Positions 22,008 through 31,858 of a DNA stretch of 64,000 nucleotides are shown here, in pieces. The notes beneath the pieces were generated by a model. The model did no database searches, was not told where the DNA came from, and saw only the letters and a program-made list of their open reading frames with translations. Made by a program: the position numbers and the translations under genes. Where the stretch lies: the NCBI GenBank assembly GCA_963785235.1, contig CAWAUM010000002.1, positions 160,001-224,000 on the forward strand, given 5' to 3'. Source of the DNA: an uncultured delta proteobacterium. Its GTDB lineage: Bacteria > Desulfobacterota > Desulfomonilia > UBA1062. Each line of letters starts with the position of its first letter. Position 1 is the stretch's first letter.

Positions 22008-23165
22008 TTGATGGCTAAAAGAGTTCTCAGGACAAACCTGTGTGACATGCTGGGTATCGAGTACCCCATTATTTGCGCAGGTATGGGTCCGGTTCTCATC
22101 GGTGAACAGGCGGGCTCGCCTGTGGATCTCGTGGTTGCCGTTTCTGAAGCTGGCGGTCTTGGTGTACTGGGCGGAAGCGGTTTTACCGTGGATGAGCTGA
22201 GGCAGGCCATCCGTGATATCAGGGCTCGCACAGACCGCCCTTTCGGGGTAGACCTCCTGCTGCCTAAGAATGTGGTCGAGGGCAAGGGTGTTGATTACGG
22301 CGATATCAAGGAAGTACCCCTGAGTGCAGCGTTAAAGACCCTGCCCAAGCCTTACCAGGACTGGATAAGTAAGGTAAGAACCGAACTGGGGTTACCCGGC
22401 GTGGAGGTTATGGTGAAGCTCAATACCACCACCATGCGGCCTCTCGATGCTGTGAAGGTGTGTATCGAAGAGAAGGTCCCCCTTTTCTGCGCAGGACTGG
22501 GAAATCCCGGCTTTATGGTGGAGGAGGCACATGCGAACGGAATCAAGGTACTCGCCATCACCGGCAATGTGAAGAATGCAGTGCGCATGGTGGAAGCCGG
22601 CATTGACCTGCTCGTGGCCCAGGGATTTGAAGGCGGAGGCCATACAGGCAGGGTAGGTACCATGGCGTTGCTGCCCGGGGCATTGGATGCGGCAGGTAAG
22701 GTACCGGTTCTTGCAGCTGGAGGTATCGGTGACGGCAGAGGGCTGGCCGCTGCCCTAGCCATGGGGTGTGCGGGTGTCTGGGTGGGTACCAGGTTTCTGG
22801 CAACGAATGAGGGTGGCGCCTTGGATGTGAACAAACGACGTATCCTTTCTTCCACTGAAGAGGACACCCGGGTGAGCTATGCAATAACGGGAAAGACATC
22901 ACGGACGAGCTACAGCCTGTTCCATGATTTGTGGAATTTATCCGGACTTGAGCCTCTCCCCTTTCCCATGCAGGTGCTGGTCTCTTCAGCCTTGTTCGCA
23001 GATTTGGTGGAGGCAGACAAAGACGAGTACATGGGCGGCTTTGCTGGTCAGGTCTCGGGCATCATCCATGATATCAAGCCTGCCAGGCAGGTGGTGGAAG
23101 AGATGGTTGAAGAGGCTGCCGAAATCCTTACCCGGGGGCTGCCGGAACGCGTGAAGGTACAGTAA
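22008..23165 (+). CDS. FabK/nitronate monooxygenase family flavoprotein
   Basis: YPIICAGM, AGGLG, EGGGHTG, AAGGIGDG, GTRF. Confidence 0.88.
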   Translation: MMAKRVLRTNLCDMLGIEYPIICAGMGPVLIGEQAGSPVDLVVAVSEAGGLGVLGGSGFTVDELRQAIRDIRARTDRPFGVDLLLPKNVVEGKGVDYGDIKEVPLSAALKTLPKPYQDWISKVRTELGLPGVEVMVKLNTTTMRPLDAVKVCIEEKVPLFCAGLGNPGFMVEEAHANGIKVLAITGNVKNAVRMVEAGIDLLVAQGFEGGGHTGRVGTMALLPGALDAAGKVPVLAAGGIGDGRGLAAALAMGCAGVWVGTRFLATNEGGALDVNKRRILSSTEEDTRVSYAITGKTSRTSYSLFHDLWNLSGLEPLPFPMQVLVSSALFADLVEADKDEYMGGFAGQVSGIIHDIKPARQVVEEMVEEAAEILTRGLPERVKVQ

Positions 23166-23227
23166 ATAGGTGAAGGGGTATATAGATATTAATAATGCCA
23201 GCAGAGCCTAAGGTGAGCTGAAACAAA

Positions 23228-23257
23228 AAGGCCCCGTCTTATAAAAAGACAGGGCCT
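23228..23257. terminator. Hairpin between convergent genes
   Basis: AAGGCCCCGTCTT...AAGACAGGGCCTT, preceded by an A-run (U-tail on the - strand). Confidence 0.65.
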
Positions 23258-23268
23258 TGTATTACTTA

Positions 23269-24558
23269 TTAGTCTTCATCGTCATAACCCGTACCAGGAG
23301 GGGCTTCTGATTTGATTGACCGGTTGATTCCCTTTGAAAGTATGGCTGCAATGGAGAAGAGTATTACCATTGCGCCGAAGAGGATCAGTATGATCGTGGT
23401 CAGCCATGACTGGGCTTCCTTTTCTACCTTACCGGAAGCGATCTTGGCCTGCTCGTTGAACTTTTCAACATCCACACCCATGCCAACCCATCCGAATCCG
23501 GCCGGCTTGGGGTAATCCTTTGCGTAGAAAGGTATGGGAGCATACGCCACTATCTTCGTACGGCCTTCGAATTTATAGGTCTTTATTCCCGATTTGCCCA
23601 ATGCGGCTTCTCTGGCGACCTCAGGCATGACCGGATCAATACCGCCAAGCTGATTGAGGTTCAACACCTCTTCACCCTTATTTTTCATTTCCTCGGCAAT
23701 GGCTGAGGTCAGCGGCGGAACAGGTGTACCATCCTTGTAGAGGCCTTCTATATGATAATCATTGGGGTGCGAGATAACAAACCCTCGGTTATCAACCATG
23801 TATGCATAGTTTCCCGTGGAGGCGTCCGCTTCTATGACGTAATTCGCCTCGAACGGCACGATGTTATCCGTGTATTTGGCAAGGGCCCTTGCATCAAGCG
23901 CAAGTTCTATGACCCCGGTAAAACCCTGCTTATCGAACAGCGGAGTTGCCATTCGAATAATCCCTTCGAATCTCTTCCCTTTTTCAAAATCAGCCTTGTT
24001 AACATACCACCCAGTGACAGGAGAGATATACATCTCACCCTTGTTGAGCTCTTTTGCCTTGAGGAAGTACTCCTCAGACTTATACGTTGTGTTGGCAGGA
24101 TTGCTCACATTTACTAATTCGTTTTTGGGGGCTATCTTGCCATCTTTAATTTTTATGAGCTCATTTCCATTGGTGTCTATGAGTGACATTTCCACATAGA
24201 GTGGCAGCTGTTCCTTTACGATGCCTGTATCTTTTTTAACCCAGAGTTCATACGTCTTGGTATCCAAGAACTGCTTATATGTCTCCTGGGTTGAAGGAAG
24301 GATTGTGGTGGTTAACACATCCCTCTGACGTTCACGCAAGAAGTTGGAGATATTCTCTGCCAAATCAGTTGCGCGCACACTGAGCTCCTGTTGCGATTTC
24401 GTATCAAGAGCATTCATCGTACCTGTTTTGGATAAGCCGCCAATATTGAAAATGCTGAAGGCTATGAGGGAAGCGATCAGTAATAAGGGGATCACGACAA
24501 GCAGGAAAAATAACCTTGCAACCGTTAATAAACGAGTTCCTTTAATCGATTCAGGCAT
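23269..24558 (-). CDS. Two-TM periplasmic Cache-domain protein without a cytoplasmic output domain
   Basis: TM1, YF...YISP, YAYMVDNRGFVISHP, VAYAPI, TM2, then an approximately 20-aa acidic tail. Confidence 0.8.
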   Translation of the reverse strand: MPESIKGTRLLTVARLFFLLVVIPLLLIASLIAFSIFNIGGLSKTGTMNALDTKSQQELSVRATDLAENISNFLRERQRDVLTTTILPSTQETYKQFLDTKTYELWVKKDTGIVKEQLPLYVEMSLIDTNGNELIKIKDGKIAPKNELVNVSNPANTTYKSEEYFLKAKELNKGEMYISPVTGWYVNKADFEKGKRFEGIIRMATPLFDKQGFTGVIELALDARALAKYTDNIVPFEANYVIEADASTGNYAYMVDNRGFVISHPNDYHIEGLYKDGTPVPPLTSAIAEEMKNKGEEVLNLNQLGGIDPVMPEVAREAALGKSGIKTYKFEGRTKIVAYAPIPFYAKDYPKPAGFGWVGMGVDVEKFNEQAKIASGKVEKEAQSWLTTIILILFGAMVILFSIAAILSKGINRSIKSEAPPGTGYDDED

Positions 24559-24611
24559 TTTTTCCCCCTTATTCTTTGAATCGTTCTGTTAAAAACCCTC
24601 TGTCCAAAAGC

Positions 24612-24989
24612 TTATCCAAACAGGAAAGTCTTGAATGGGTTGGCGAAGATGAGGATGAGCGTAATAACCAGCGCATAGATAGCGATGGATTCGGCCATGG
24701 CCATACCAACCATCATTGTCATCATGATCTTTCCCTGTGCCGCTGGGTTTCTGCCTACTGCCTCAGAGGCGCCTGCTGCTGCTGCGCCAATGCCTGCGCC
24801 TGCACCGATGCACCCAAGGCCGATAGCAAAGCCTGCGCCGAGCATTGCGCCGACCGAGAAGATCACCTTGATAAGCGGATCCTGAGCAGCCGGGATTGCA
24901 TCAGCTGCGAAGACTCCCTGTGACGCTAGAAGCGAAAGGGCCACTGTTGTTGCAATTGTGAAGAAGATTTTGGTCGCGTTACGAAACAT
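24612..24989 (-). CDS. atpE: F0 ATP synthase subunit c (stand-alone copy with N-terminal extension)
   Basis: GxGxGxG, RNP loop, ESIAIY ion-binding Glu, ANPF. Confidence 0.92.
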   Translation of the reverse strand: MFRNATKIFFTIATTVALSLLASQGVFAADAIPAAQDPLIKVIFSVGAMLGAGFAIGLGCIGAGAGIGAAAAGASEAVGRNPAAQGKIMMTMMVGMAMAESIAIYALVITLILIFANPFKTFLFG

Positions 24990-25063
24990 GTTTATTCTCC
25001 TTTCTAACTGATAATTTTTTCGTATTCATTTTGACTGAGTCCTCATTTCTCTCATTCAAGAAA

Positions 25064-25079
25064 AGCAATAGCTATGCCA
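25064..25079 (-). promoter_or_regulatory. sigma54 (-24/-12) promoter for atpE-Cache
   Basis: TGGCATAGCTATTGCT matches TGGCAC-N5-TTGCW, about 75 bp upstream of atpE. Confidence 0.8.
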
Positions 25080-25469
25080 CGTTGTGACAGTGTTAATATT
25101 TCTCCTGTACCAACTTGATATTAATATCTAATTTAGCTATGAATTCTGTGTATCACCCACTTTGCCTGAACAATACTATTAAACGTATCGTTCAATAGAG
25201 TCTCATCATGTTGAACAAAAAGTGTTATATGCCCCATGAACCATCAGTATACTCCCTGAAGGATATTCATCGAGAGCTCCCAAAAACATCCTTTTTGTAT
25301 CTAGTTTAAAGAACTTCTCATGGATGGATAAGGTTCGTGATGGAATGAAGTAATGATAAGGAGTTGCTATTGGTATTACAAGGGGGTGAGCTGCGAGGGA
25401 TTGTTTTGATTTGTAGCTGGGCACCAAACAATAGCTGGTATTTACATAGGACTAGATATAATGACTTGG

Positions 25470-25719
25470 TCAGTCCTACCGGCATAGCAGAAACAAGGAA
25501 GAAGCCGAAAATGAAACTGCAAATACCCACTATCCAGATGCTGGATGCATACTGGAGAAGCAAGGGCAGGGGGATAGACATACTCATAGCCAGTACCAGG
25601 AATACCTTTCTTCTGTGGTATTTATCCGAGAGGGCCGAGATTACTCCCGCCCCGAATATACATCCACCCACAAGGAGGCCACCCATAATGCCCGGGACAA
25701 GGGTTGAATCGATGCCCAA
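25470..25719 (-). pseudogene. Internal fragment of an MFS transporter
   Basis: Hydrophobic helices with motif-A-like ALSDKYHRRK; both ends missing. Confidence 0.6.
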
Positions 25720-25744
25720 TTATTTGTGGATGCATCCTATTGCA

Positions 25745-25786
25745 TGCACTTCATGCCCCGGTCGTGGGACCGGGGCATGAAGTGCA
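25745..25786. terminator. 19-bp perfect hairpin downstream of fadL
   Basis: TGCACTTCATGCCCCGGTC-GTGG-GACCGGGGCATGAAGTGCA. Confidence 0.65.
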
Positions 25787-25802
25787 CCCTTTTTAACCTG
25801 TA

Positions 25803-27122
25803 CTAAATCGAGTAATCGAACCCGACAGCGAAGATCCAGGTTGAATTCTTCATGTCCACTGTACCGATGGGGGTTACAATGCTCTCATCTTTCCACCATG
25901 TATAACTGAGCCCGCAATTCAGGTTAAGGCCGGGAAGGACCTTGTAACCGAATCCCGCTGCAAGGTTCACATCATCCGAATACTGAACTTCAACAGACCC
26001 GGGAGTCGCATTGTAGTATGCGTCAATATCGTCCCATCTAAAGAGGGTGTACAGCGTTCCTGCGCTGACTTCCAGTTCAGGTGAGACCTGATAGACCCCC
26101 GCAACCCCGATACTCCAGCAATCACCGGCTAGGTTGGAAATATCCTTTCCAGTTGATGCCTTTCCCCAATTGGCTGCGCTCTGGAACCAGTAATTGGCAT
26201 CCAGCTCACCCCTGAATTTCGGTGTGAACAGGTACGATGCACCCATGCCGATCATGCCGGGGAAATCCCTGCGATTCTTTTCTCCATCTGAGTATAACCC
26301 AACTGACTCGCTGATATTGTCTCCACCCCTGATATCTGTCTTGAGATCCAGTTTCACCGGGGATTCGTAATGCAGAGCGAGATTCAATTTGTCATCCGGC
26401 CTTACCTGAACACCCAGCACCCCGCCCCATCCGTTATCTTCCTGTTCCACATTGACCTTTAACGGGTAATCCGGTGTAGCATCCCCCCCAACGCCGCCTG
26501 TCATCGTCAGACCCCCTTTGATGGAATTAGACACGGAGATGTTACGGATACCGGCAGCAACTGAGATCTTGTCTGAGATCTTATAGGCACCCCCCAAACT
26601 TGTTGCGAGATAGACCGAAGTGCCCTTGAGGTGCTCATTTGTGATGCCGGTGTAGGCTCCATAAAAGGGACTAGCCGGGTCAGTTAATAATTGTGCACCA
26701 AGCCCTCGGGTAGTGATGGAACCATCCGGGTAGTCGATGGACCCCGCACTACCCGGCATGTACAAACCACCGAAGATGGACCACAGTCCTTTCTTGTAGG
26801 AGGCATAGAGGTTGGGAACGAACAAGTCCGGGCTGTCCTGTTCATAGCTCAGCCGGCCGGTGCCCAGAGGATCATTAAAGGAATGGCTGGGCTTCCGGAA
26901 CATCATCTGATTCGAGACATTGAGATGAAACCCGTCGGACAGACTGACCAGACCGGCCGGGTTGTACACCACAATATCTGCCGCATCGGTAGCGGCATTG
27001 CGGTTGGACATGCGCACCCATTCCGCACTCATGTTGGTCAGGTTGTCAATCTGGGCAAAGCCCTGCCCGGAGGATAAAAATAGACAAGTGATTATGCCCG
27101 AGGCGATCAGAAGGTGTTTCAT
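25803..27122 (-). CDS. OmpP1/FadL family outer membrane channel
   Basis: Signal peptide, YNPAGL motif, beta-strand pattern, C-terminal aromatic strand GFDYSI. Confidence 0.85.
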   Translation of the reverse strand: MKHLLIASGIITCLFLSSGQGFAQIDNLTNMSAEWVRMSNRNAATDAADIVVYNPAGLVSLSDGFHLNVSNQMMFRKPSHSFNDPLGTGRLSYEQDSPDLFVPNLYASYKKGLWSIFGGLYMPGSAGSIDYPDGSITTRGLGAQLLTDPASPFYGAYTGITNEHLKGTSVYLATSLGGAYKISDKISVAAGIRNISVSNSIKGGLTMTGGVGGDATPDYPLKVNVEQEDNGWGGVLGVQVRPDDKLNLALHYESPVKLDLKTDIRGGDNISESVGLYSDGEKNRRDFPGMIGMGASYLFTPKFRGELDANYWFQSAANWGKASTGKDISNLAGDCWSIGVAGVYQVSPELEVSAGTLYTLFRWDDIDAYYNATPGSVEVQYSDDVNLAAGFGYKVLPGLNLNCGLSYTWWKDESIVTPIGTVDMKNSTWIFAVGFDYSI

Positions 27123-27554
27123 AAAGGATCTCCTTTCAAAAGGATCTATTCTATGGTTACCCCAAATGACCTATCCTTTAAACACAGGCTTATTACCACT
27201 CACGGAACCCGGCAAGAAGGGGTTACCGTATACCATGATATACAATTGTATAATAATGAACAGGACTATTCCAGCCAAATACATGACCAATGTGTCCAAA
27301 AATGGGGGTGAACTATCATCAGATGAATATCAAAGAGCTCAGAAGGCAAGAAGATCGGAGCTCTTAGATATGACTGACAGGCTTCCAGCATAATATCCAT
27401 AGAATGGGATGGCAGGTTAAGCCGAAGCAAGTATGAACCTTCAGGCTGCATAAACAACTTTGAAGGCTGCTAATATTACAGACAGTTCGTGACTTTATTA
27501 AAGCCGTATACTATAAGATAAGGAAAAGCACGTACAACGTAAAAAGGTATAGAG

Positions 27555-27725
27555 ATGAGGGAAATTGCCGCCATTGCAGCCTATCTTGTGTCCTGGTTGT
27601 TCTGCGAACTGGTAATCGGGATTAAAAGCGGGTTTATAACACTCATGATCTCCCTGCTCTTTGCCTTTGCCATCTACGCGCTGATCGCATATGCTGAGCA
27701 CGAAGAAGGGGATAAGAACGCATAA
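27555..27725 (+). CDS. Small two-TM membrane protein (56 aa, not in the ORF track)
   Basis: MREIAAIAAYLVSWLFCELVIGIKSGFITLMISLLFAFAIYALIAYAEHEEGDKNA, preceded by AAGG. Confidence 0.55.
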   Translation: MREIAAIAAYLVSWLFCELVIGIKSGFITLMISLLFAFAIYALIAYAEHEEGDKNA

Positions 27726-27803
27726 CGACCCCCTCCCTTTTTTTATACACAGACTATCTTACTCATTGCATCTAAGATAAGGATAAGACAAAATCATCGA
27801 CGC

Positions 27804-30368
27804 ATGAAAAAGAAGATATCCAGCATATACCTGAGATACTCCATCTGGTTGACTGCATTAACCGTTATTGTCCTGATAGTCCTCCTTGCCCTGACCGTTT
27901 ACTATGTGCGCGAACGGGCCATAATAGAGCTTTTCAGCGACCAACAGGCATTTATTGCAGGCCATACGGCATCCCGTATAGAGGAGTCTATTGCCAAGGG
28001 TGAGAAGGGCGTGAGCATGCTCTTGAAGCTGTTATCCACTCAAGGAGCGGGCGAGTTGAGGAAACAAGAGGAGATAAAGACCCTTTATAATGAACTCAGG
28101 GAAAACGTGCTCACCATTTTGGAGATAGATAAGAATGATGTTGCTGTCTATGGATATCCGGAAGATATTTCATCAAGGATGTATGGGAAGAAAATAGAAG
28201 ACTTTGCCCTCTACCATGTACTGAAAAAGATGAATCAAAGATTTATCGGAGAAATCAGAGGCTTAAATATCATAGACAACAAAAACCAGTCATCTCAAGG
28301 TAAGAATATTGGAATTGGTCTGCCTGTTATAACCTCGGGCGGCACCTATGCCGGGGCGATATTGGCAATAATCTCTCCTGAGTTACTCATCAAGCGATTC
28401 ATATCCCTCAATCAAACCCGCACTATGAATATGTACTGGTTGGTTGATGAATCAGGTGCCATAATCTATCATCCCGACCAGGCCAGTATAGGAAAAAATA
28501 TTGCGGAATTGACGCCCCAAGGAAATGCGCCTTTTAAAATGTTTTCTTACACATCGAAACACTACAGCGAGATGACTCTTAACCAGAAAGACAAACAGGA
28601 AAAGTGCATTATTGCCTATTCCCCCATCCGTATAGGCATTGCAAAGTGGTGGATCATTCTCGTTACCCCCTATGAAGATGTCTTAAAACCTATTCGCAGT
28701 GCATCGTTAAACATTATTCTCGGTGCAATAGGCCTTATTACCGTTGTCATCATCACAGCCATATCCATTGCCCGTTCCGATGTAAAACGATTCCGGCTCA
28801 AAGAAGAGCTTAAACGGCTACAGGAGCGGGAGGTATGGCAGGGAAAGCTTTTGCGCGAGAAGATGACCATTGAAGGGATCGTTGAAGGATCCCCGGTCCC
28901 TATGTTTGTGCTGGATCAAGATCATAAGGTTATCTTGTGGAATCGCGCATGTACTGATCTTACCGGGTACAGCGCAGATGAGATGATCAACACGGATAAT
29001 TACTACAAGCCATTCTATGAAGACAAACGACCATTCCTCCTTGACTTCATCATCGATGGCAATGTGGAGGACTTTGAAGCATTTTATGGTGAAGGCAAGG
29101 TCTTGAAATCCGAATCCATCAAAGGGGCATATGAGGCAGTAAAATATTTTAAAAACTTAAGTGGTAAAGAACGACACCTGCATTTCCTTGCTGCTCCGAT
29201 TTTCGATGAAAAAGGCGAAATTGTTGCTGCCATAGAGACCTTTCTCGATGTATCAAAAGAAGTGGAGCTCACGAAGAACCTCCAGGAATACGCTGAAACC
29301 CTTCAAAACGAACTGGATGAGAACATCAGGCTTACGAAAGAGGTGGAAGAGCTCTATAGTTATCTTCAGAGCATATTGAACAGTCTGCCTGATAAGATTT
29401 ATGAGCTGAATAAAGACGGCATTATCAATTATGTCAGCAGGCAGATACGCAGAGGCACGTACGATCCAAAGGGAAAACCCTTCACGGAATATGTGGCCCC
29501 GGAGCACAGGGCTTATGTCATCTCCAAATGGGAGGATGCAAAAAGAGGGATTTTTAAACCCTATGAGCTTGAGATGCTCAGCAGAAAGGGCACAAGGAAA
29601 CATCTCCTGATGACACCAAGCCCTGTAAAGGGCACTGATAGATTCGTTCTGGTGGAGCGGGATATTACCGAACTGAAAGACCTTGAAAAAAAATATTATG
29701 AAAGTCAGAAACTCGCAGCTATTGGTCAATTATCAGCAGGGATTGCCCATGAAGTGAGAAATCCTCTTTCGTCGATAAAAATGAGCCTGCAGATTCTGGA
29801 AAAACGCATGAAGCCTGAAGGCAATGACCTTAAGCGATTCAAGATTGCCCAAAGAGAGGTCGAGCACCTCGAGAAGCTTGTCAGCGATGTACTCATTTAT
29901 GCAAAGCCCACAGCCCCCCGTAAAGATCCGTCTGATTTAAGGTCAATCATTGAGAGTGCCCTTGCCATGGTTGAAAAATCTCTTGAAGACAAGGCTATTG
30001 ACCTGCAGAAAATATATGCACCCGGCAATGATATTATCCCTGTGGATTCACAAATGATCAAACAAGCGCTTATCAATATTTTTCAGAATGCTATCGATGC
30101 AATGGAGCCGCAGGGAAGGCTCTCTATCGGTTTGCGCAAAGAAAATGAATCCCTCCTCATAGAGGTTGATGACAATGGTTGTGGGATAGATGAGGAAGAT
30201 ATCCCCTACCTGTTCAATCCTTTCTTTACCAAGAAGAATTATGGAACCGGCCTTGGTCTTACCCAGGTTAAGAAAATCATTGAACAGCACAATGGAGAAA
30301 TAGAGATAATAAGCAAAAAAGGGTTAGGCACACGATTTATCATTACCCTCCCAACGGGTGTTACATGA
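27804..30368 (+). CDS. Sensor histidine kinase (Cache-PAS-PAS-HisKA-HATPase)
   Basis: Two TMs, IIYHPD, AHEVRNPL, NAIDA, DNGCG, GTGLGL. Confidence 0.93.
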   Translation: MKKKISSIYLRYSIWLTALTVIVLIVLLALTVYYVRERAIIELFSDQQAFIAGHTASRIEESIAKGEKGVSMLLKLLSTQGAGELRKQEEIKTLYNELRENVLTILEIDKNDVAVYGYPEDISSRMYGKKIEDFALYHVLKKMNQRFIGEIRGLNIIDNKNQSSQGKNIGIGLPVITSGGTYAGAILAIISPELLIKRFISLNQTRTMNMYWLVDESGAIIYHPDQASIGKNIAELTPQGNAPFKMFSYTSKHYSEMTLNQKDKQEKCIIAYSPIRIGIAKWWIILVTPYEDVLKPIRSASLNIILGAIGLITVVIITAISIARSDVKRFRLKEELKRLQEREVWQGKLLREKMTIEGIVEGSPVPMFVLDQDHKVILWNRACTDLTGYSADEMINTDNYYKPFYEDKRPFLLDFIIDGNVEDFEAFYGEGKVLKSESIKGAYEAVKYFKNLSGKERHLHFLAAPIFDEKGEIVAAIETFLDVSKEVELTKNLQEYAETLQNELDENIRLTKEVEELYSYLQSILNSLPDKIYELNKDGIINYVSRQIRRGTYDPKGKPFTEYVAPEHRAYVISKWEDAKRGIFKPYELEMLSRKGTRKHLLMTPSPVKGTDRFVLVERDITELKDLEKKYYESQKLAAIGQLSAGIAHEVRNPLSSIKMSLQILEKRMKPEGNDLKRFKIAQREVEHLEKLVSDVLIYAKPTAPRKDPSDLRSIIESALAMVEKSLEDKAIDLQKIYAPGNDIIPVDSQMIKQALINIFQNAIDAMEPQGRLSIGLRKENESLLIEVDDNGCGIDEEDIPYLFNPFFTKKNYGTGLGLTQVKKIIEQHNGEIEIISKKGLGTRFIITLPTGVT

Positions 30369-30434
30369 GGATGAACTCGCTGACAAAAGAGAATATGATC
30401 AAATCAAACAACAAGGAGAACGAGGGCCGGTAGC

Positions 30435-31814
30435 ATGCCGAAGATACTTGTCATCGATGATGATAGCTCGATCCGCGAGACACTGGACCTTTATCTGACA
30501 GAAGAAGGGTACGATGTCTATACAGCACCCACAGGGACGGACGGCCTCAACACATTCACCCAACAATCGCCTGATGTAGTCATCCTGGATATCAGGCTTC
30601 CTGATGTAAACGGTTTTATGATCCTCGAAGATCTCAGAGAAGAGGATGAAAACGTAAAGGTCATCATGATTACTGCCCATCATGACATGGAATCAACCAT
30701 CAAAGCCATGAAGGAAGGTGCCTTTGACTACATCCACAAACCAGTGGATGTCAATGAACTGGATATCGCTATTAAAAAGGCCATCCATGCATTAGAGATG
30801 GAGAAAAAGATAAAGGGTCTTCTTGTTGAGTCCTCACGGGATTACAAGGTCGGCGACATCATTGGTGAAGGCCCCGGGATGAGGGAGATCTTCAAGACAA
30901 TCGGTGTGGTATCTCAAAGCAGAACCCCGGTGCTTATTCAAGGCGAAAGCGGAACAGGCAAAGAACTCATTGCCAAGGTTATTCATAATAACACCGCTGC
31001 GGATGAACCATATATCGGAATAAACTGCTCTGCAATTGTAGAGACCTTGCTTGAATCAGAGCTGTTCGGCCATGAGAAGGGGTCGTTTACCGGGGCCATC
31101 ACGCGTAAACCCGGCAAATTCGAGCTGGCCCGCTATGGCACGGTATTCCTTGATGAAATTAGCGAGATGTCTTTGAATCTTCAGGCAAAGCTCCTTCGGG
31201 TCCTTCAGGAGAGGGAATTCGAGCGTGTAGGCGGGAAAGACCGGATCAAGGTAAATGCCAGGATCATTGCAGCCACAAACAAAGACCTCCGGGCAATGGC
31301 AAAAGAAGGGCATTTCAGGGATGATCTGTATTACCGACTGAACATCGTTACCATATTTATTCCGCCGCTCAGGGAAAGAAGAGAAGACCTTCAACCGCTT
31401 ATCAATTATTTATTATCCAAGATTAATTTCGATCTCCATAAACATATCGCAGGGGTTTCCGATGATGTGCTCGAGATCTTCAGACAGTATAGCTGGCCCG
31501 GTAACATCCGGGAGCTTGAAAACCTCCTCGTTCGTGCGGCAGTAGTTGCCAAGGGGCAGGTCTTGATAAAGAGCGACTTTCCAGACCTGAACGAGACTGC
31601 CGGGTTCCAGATAACAAGGGAACCAGAGGTGGATTACAGCCATGATGCCTTGGGCAGAATCCTCACCCTCGATGAAGTCGAAGAGATGCATATAAGGAAA
31701 GTGATCAGAGAAACAAAAAAGAACAAAGGCGAGGTCTGTGATATCCTGGGGATCTCCAGGCCGACATTCGAGAGAAAACTTGAGAAATACAATATCCAAT
31801 TTGAACGTGACTGA
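30435..31814 (+). CDS. sigma54-dependent response regulator (NtrC/AtoC family)
   Basis: REC domain, GESGTGKE, GSFTGA, WPGNIREL, Fis-type HTH. Confidence 0.95.
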   Translation: MPKILVIDDDSSIRETLDLYLTEEGYDVYTAPTGTDGLNTFTQQSPDVVILDIRLPDVNGFMILEDLREEDENVKVIMITAHHDMESTIKAMKEGAFDYIHKPVDVNELDIAIKKAIHALEMEKKIKGLLVESSRDYKVGDIIGEGPGMREIFKTIGVVSQSRTPVLIQGESGTGKELIAKVIHNNTAADEPYIGINCSAIVETLLESELFGHEKGSFTGAITRKPGKFELARYGTVFLDEISEMSLNLQAKLLRVLQEREFERVGGKDRIKVNARIIAATNKDLRAMAKEGHFRDDLYYRLNIVTIFIPPLRERREDLQPLINYLLSKINFDLHKHIAGVSDDVLEIFRQYSWPGNIRELENLLVRAAVVAKGQVLIKSDFPDLNETAGFQITREPEVDYSHDALGRILTLDEVEEMHIRKVIRETKKNKGEVCDILGISRPTFERKLEKYNIQFERD

Positions 31815-31858
31815 TGCCTATGATAATCCCGGATTATAGAAAGAGGGGCTTCGCAGCA

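Noticed and set aside
24612-24989. atpE as part of an N-ATPase or Na+-ATPase operon
   Set aside because: No neighbouring atp genes, and it lacks the Q/E in helix 1 and the EST motif.
27239-27252. Palindrome TATACAATTGTATA upstream of fadL
   Set aside because: Possible operator, but AT-rich, single copy and with no assignable regulator.
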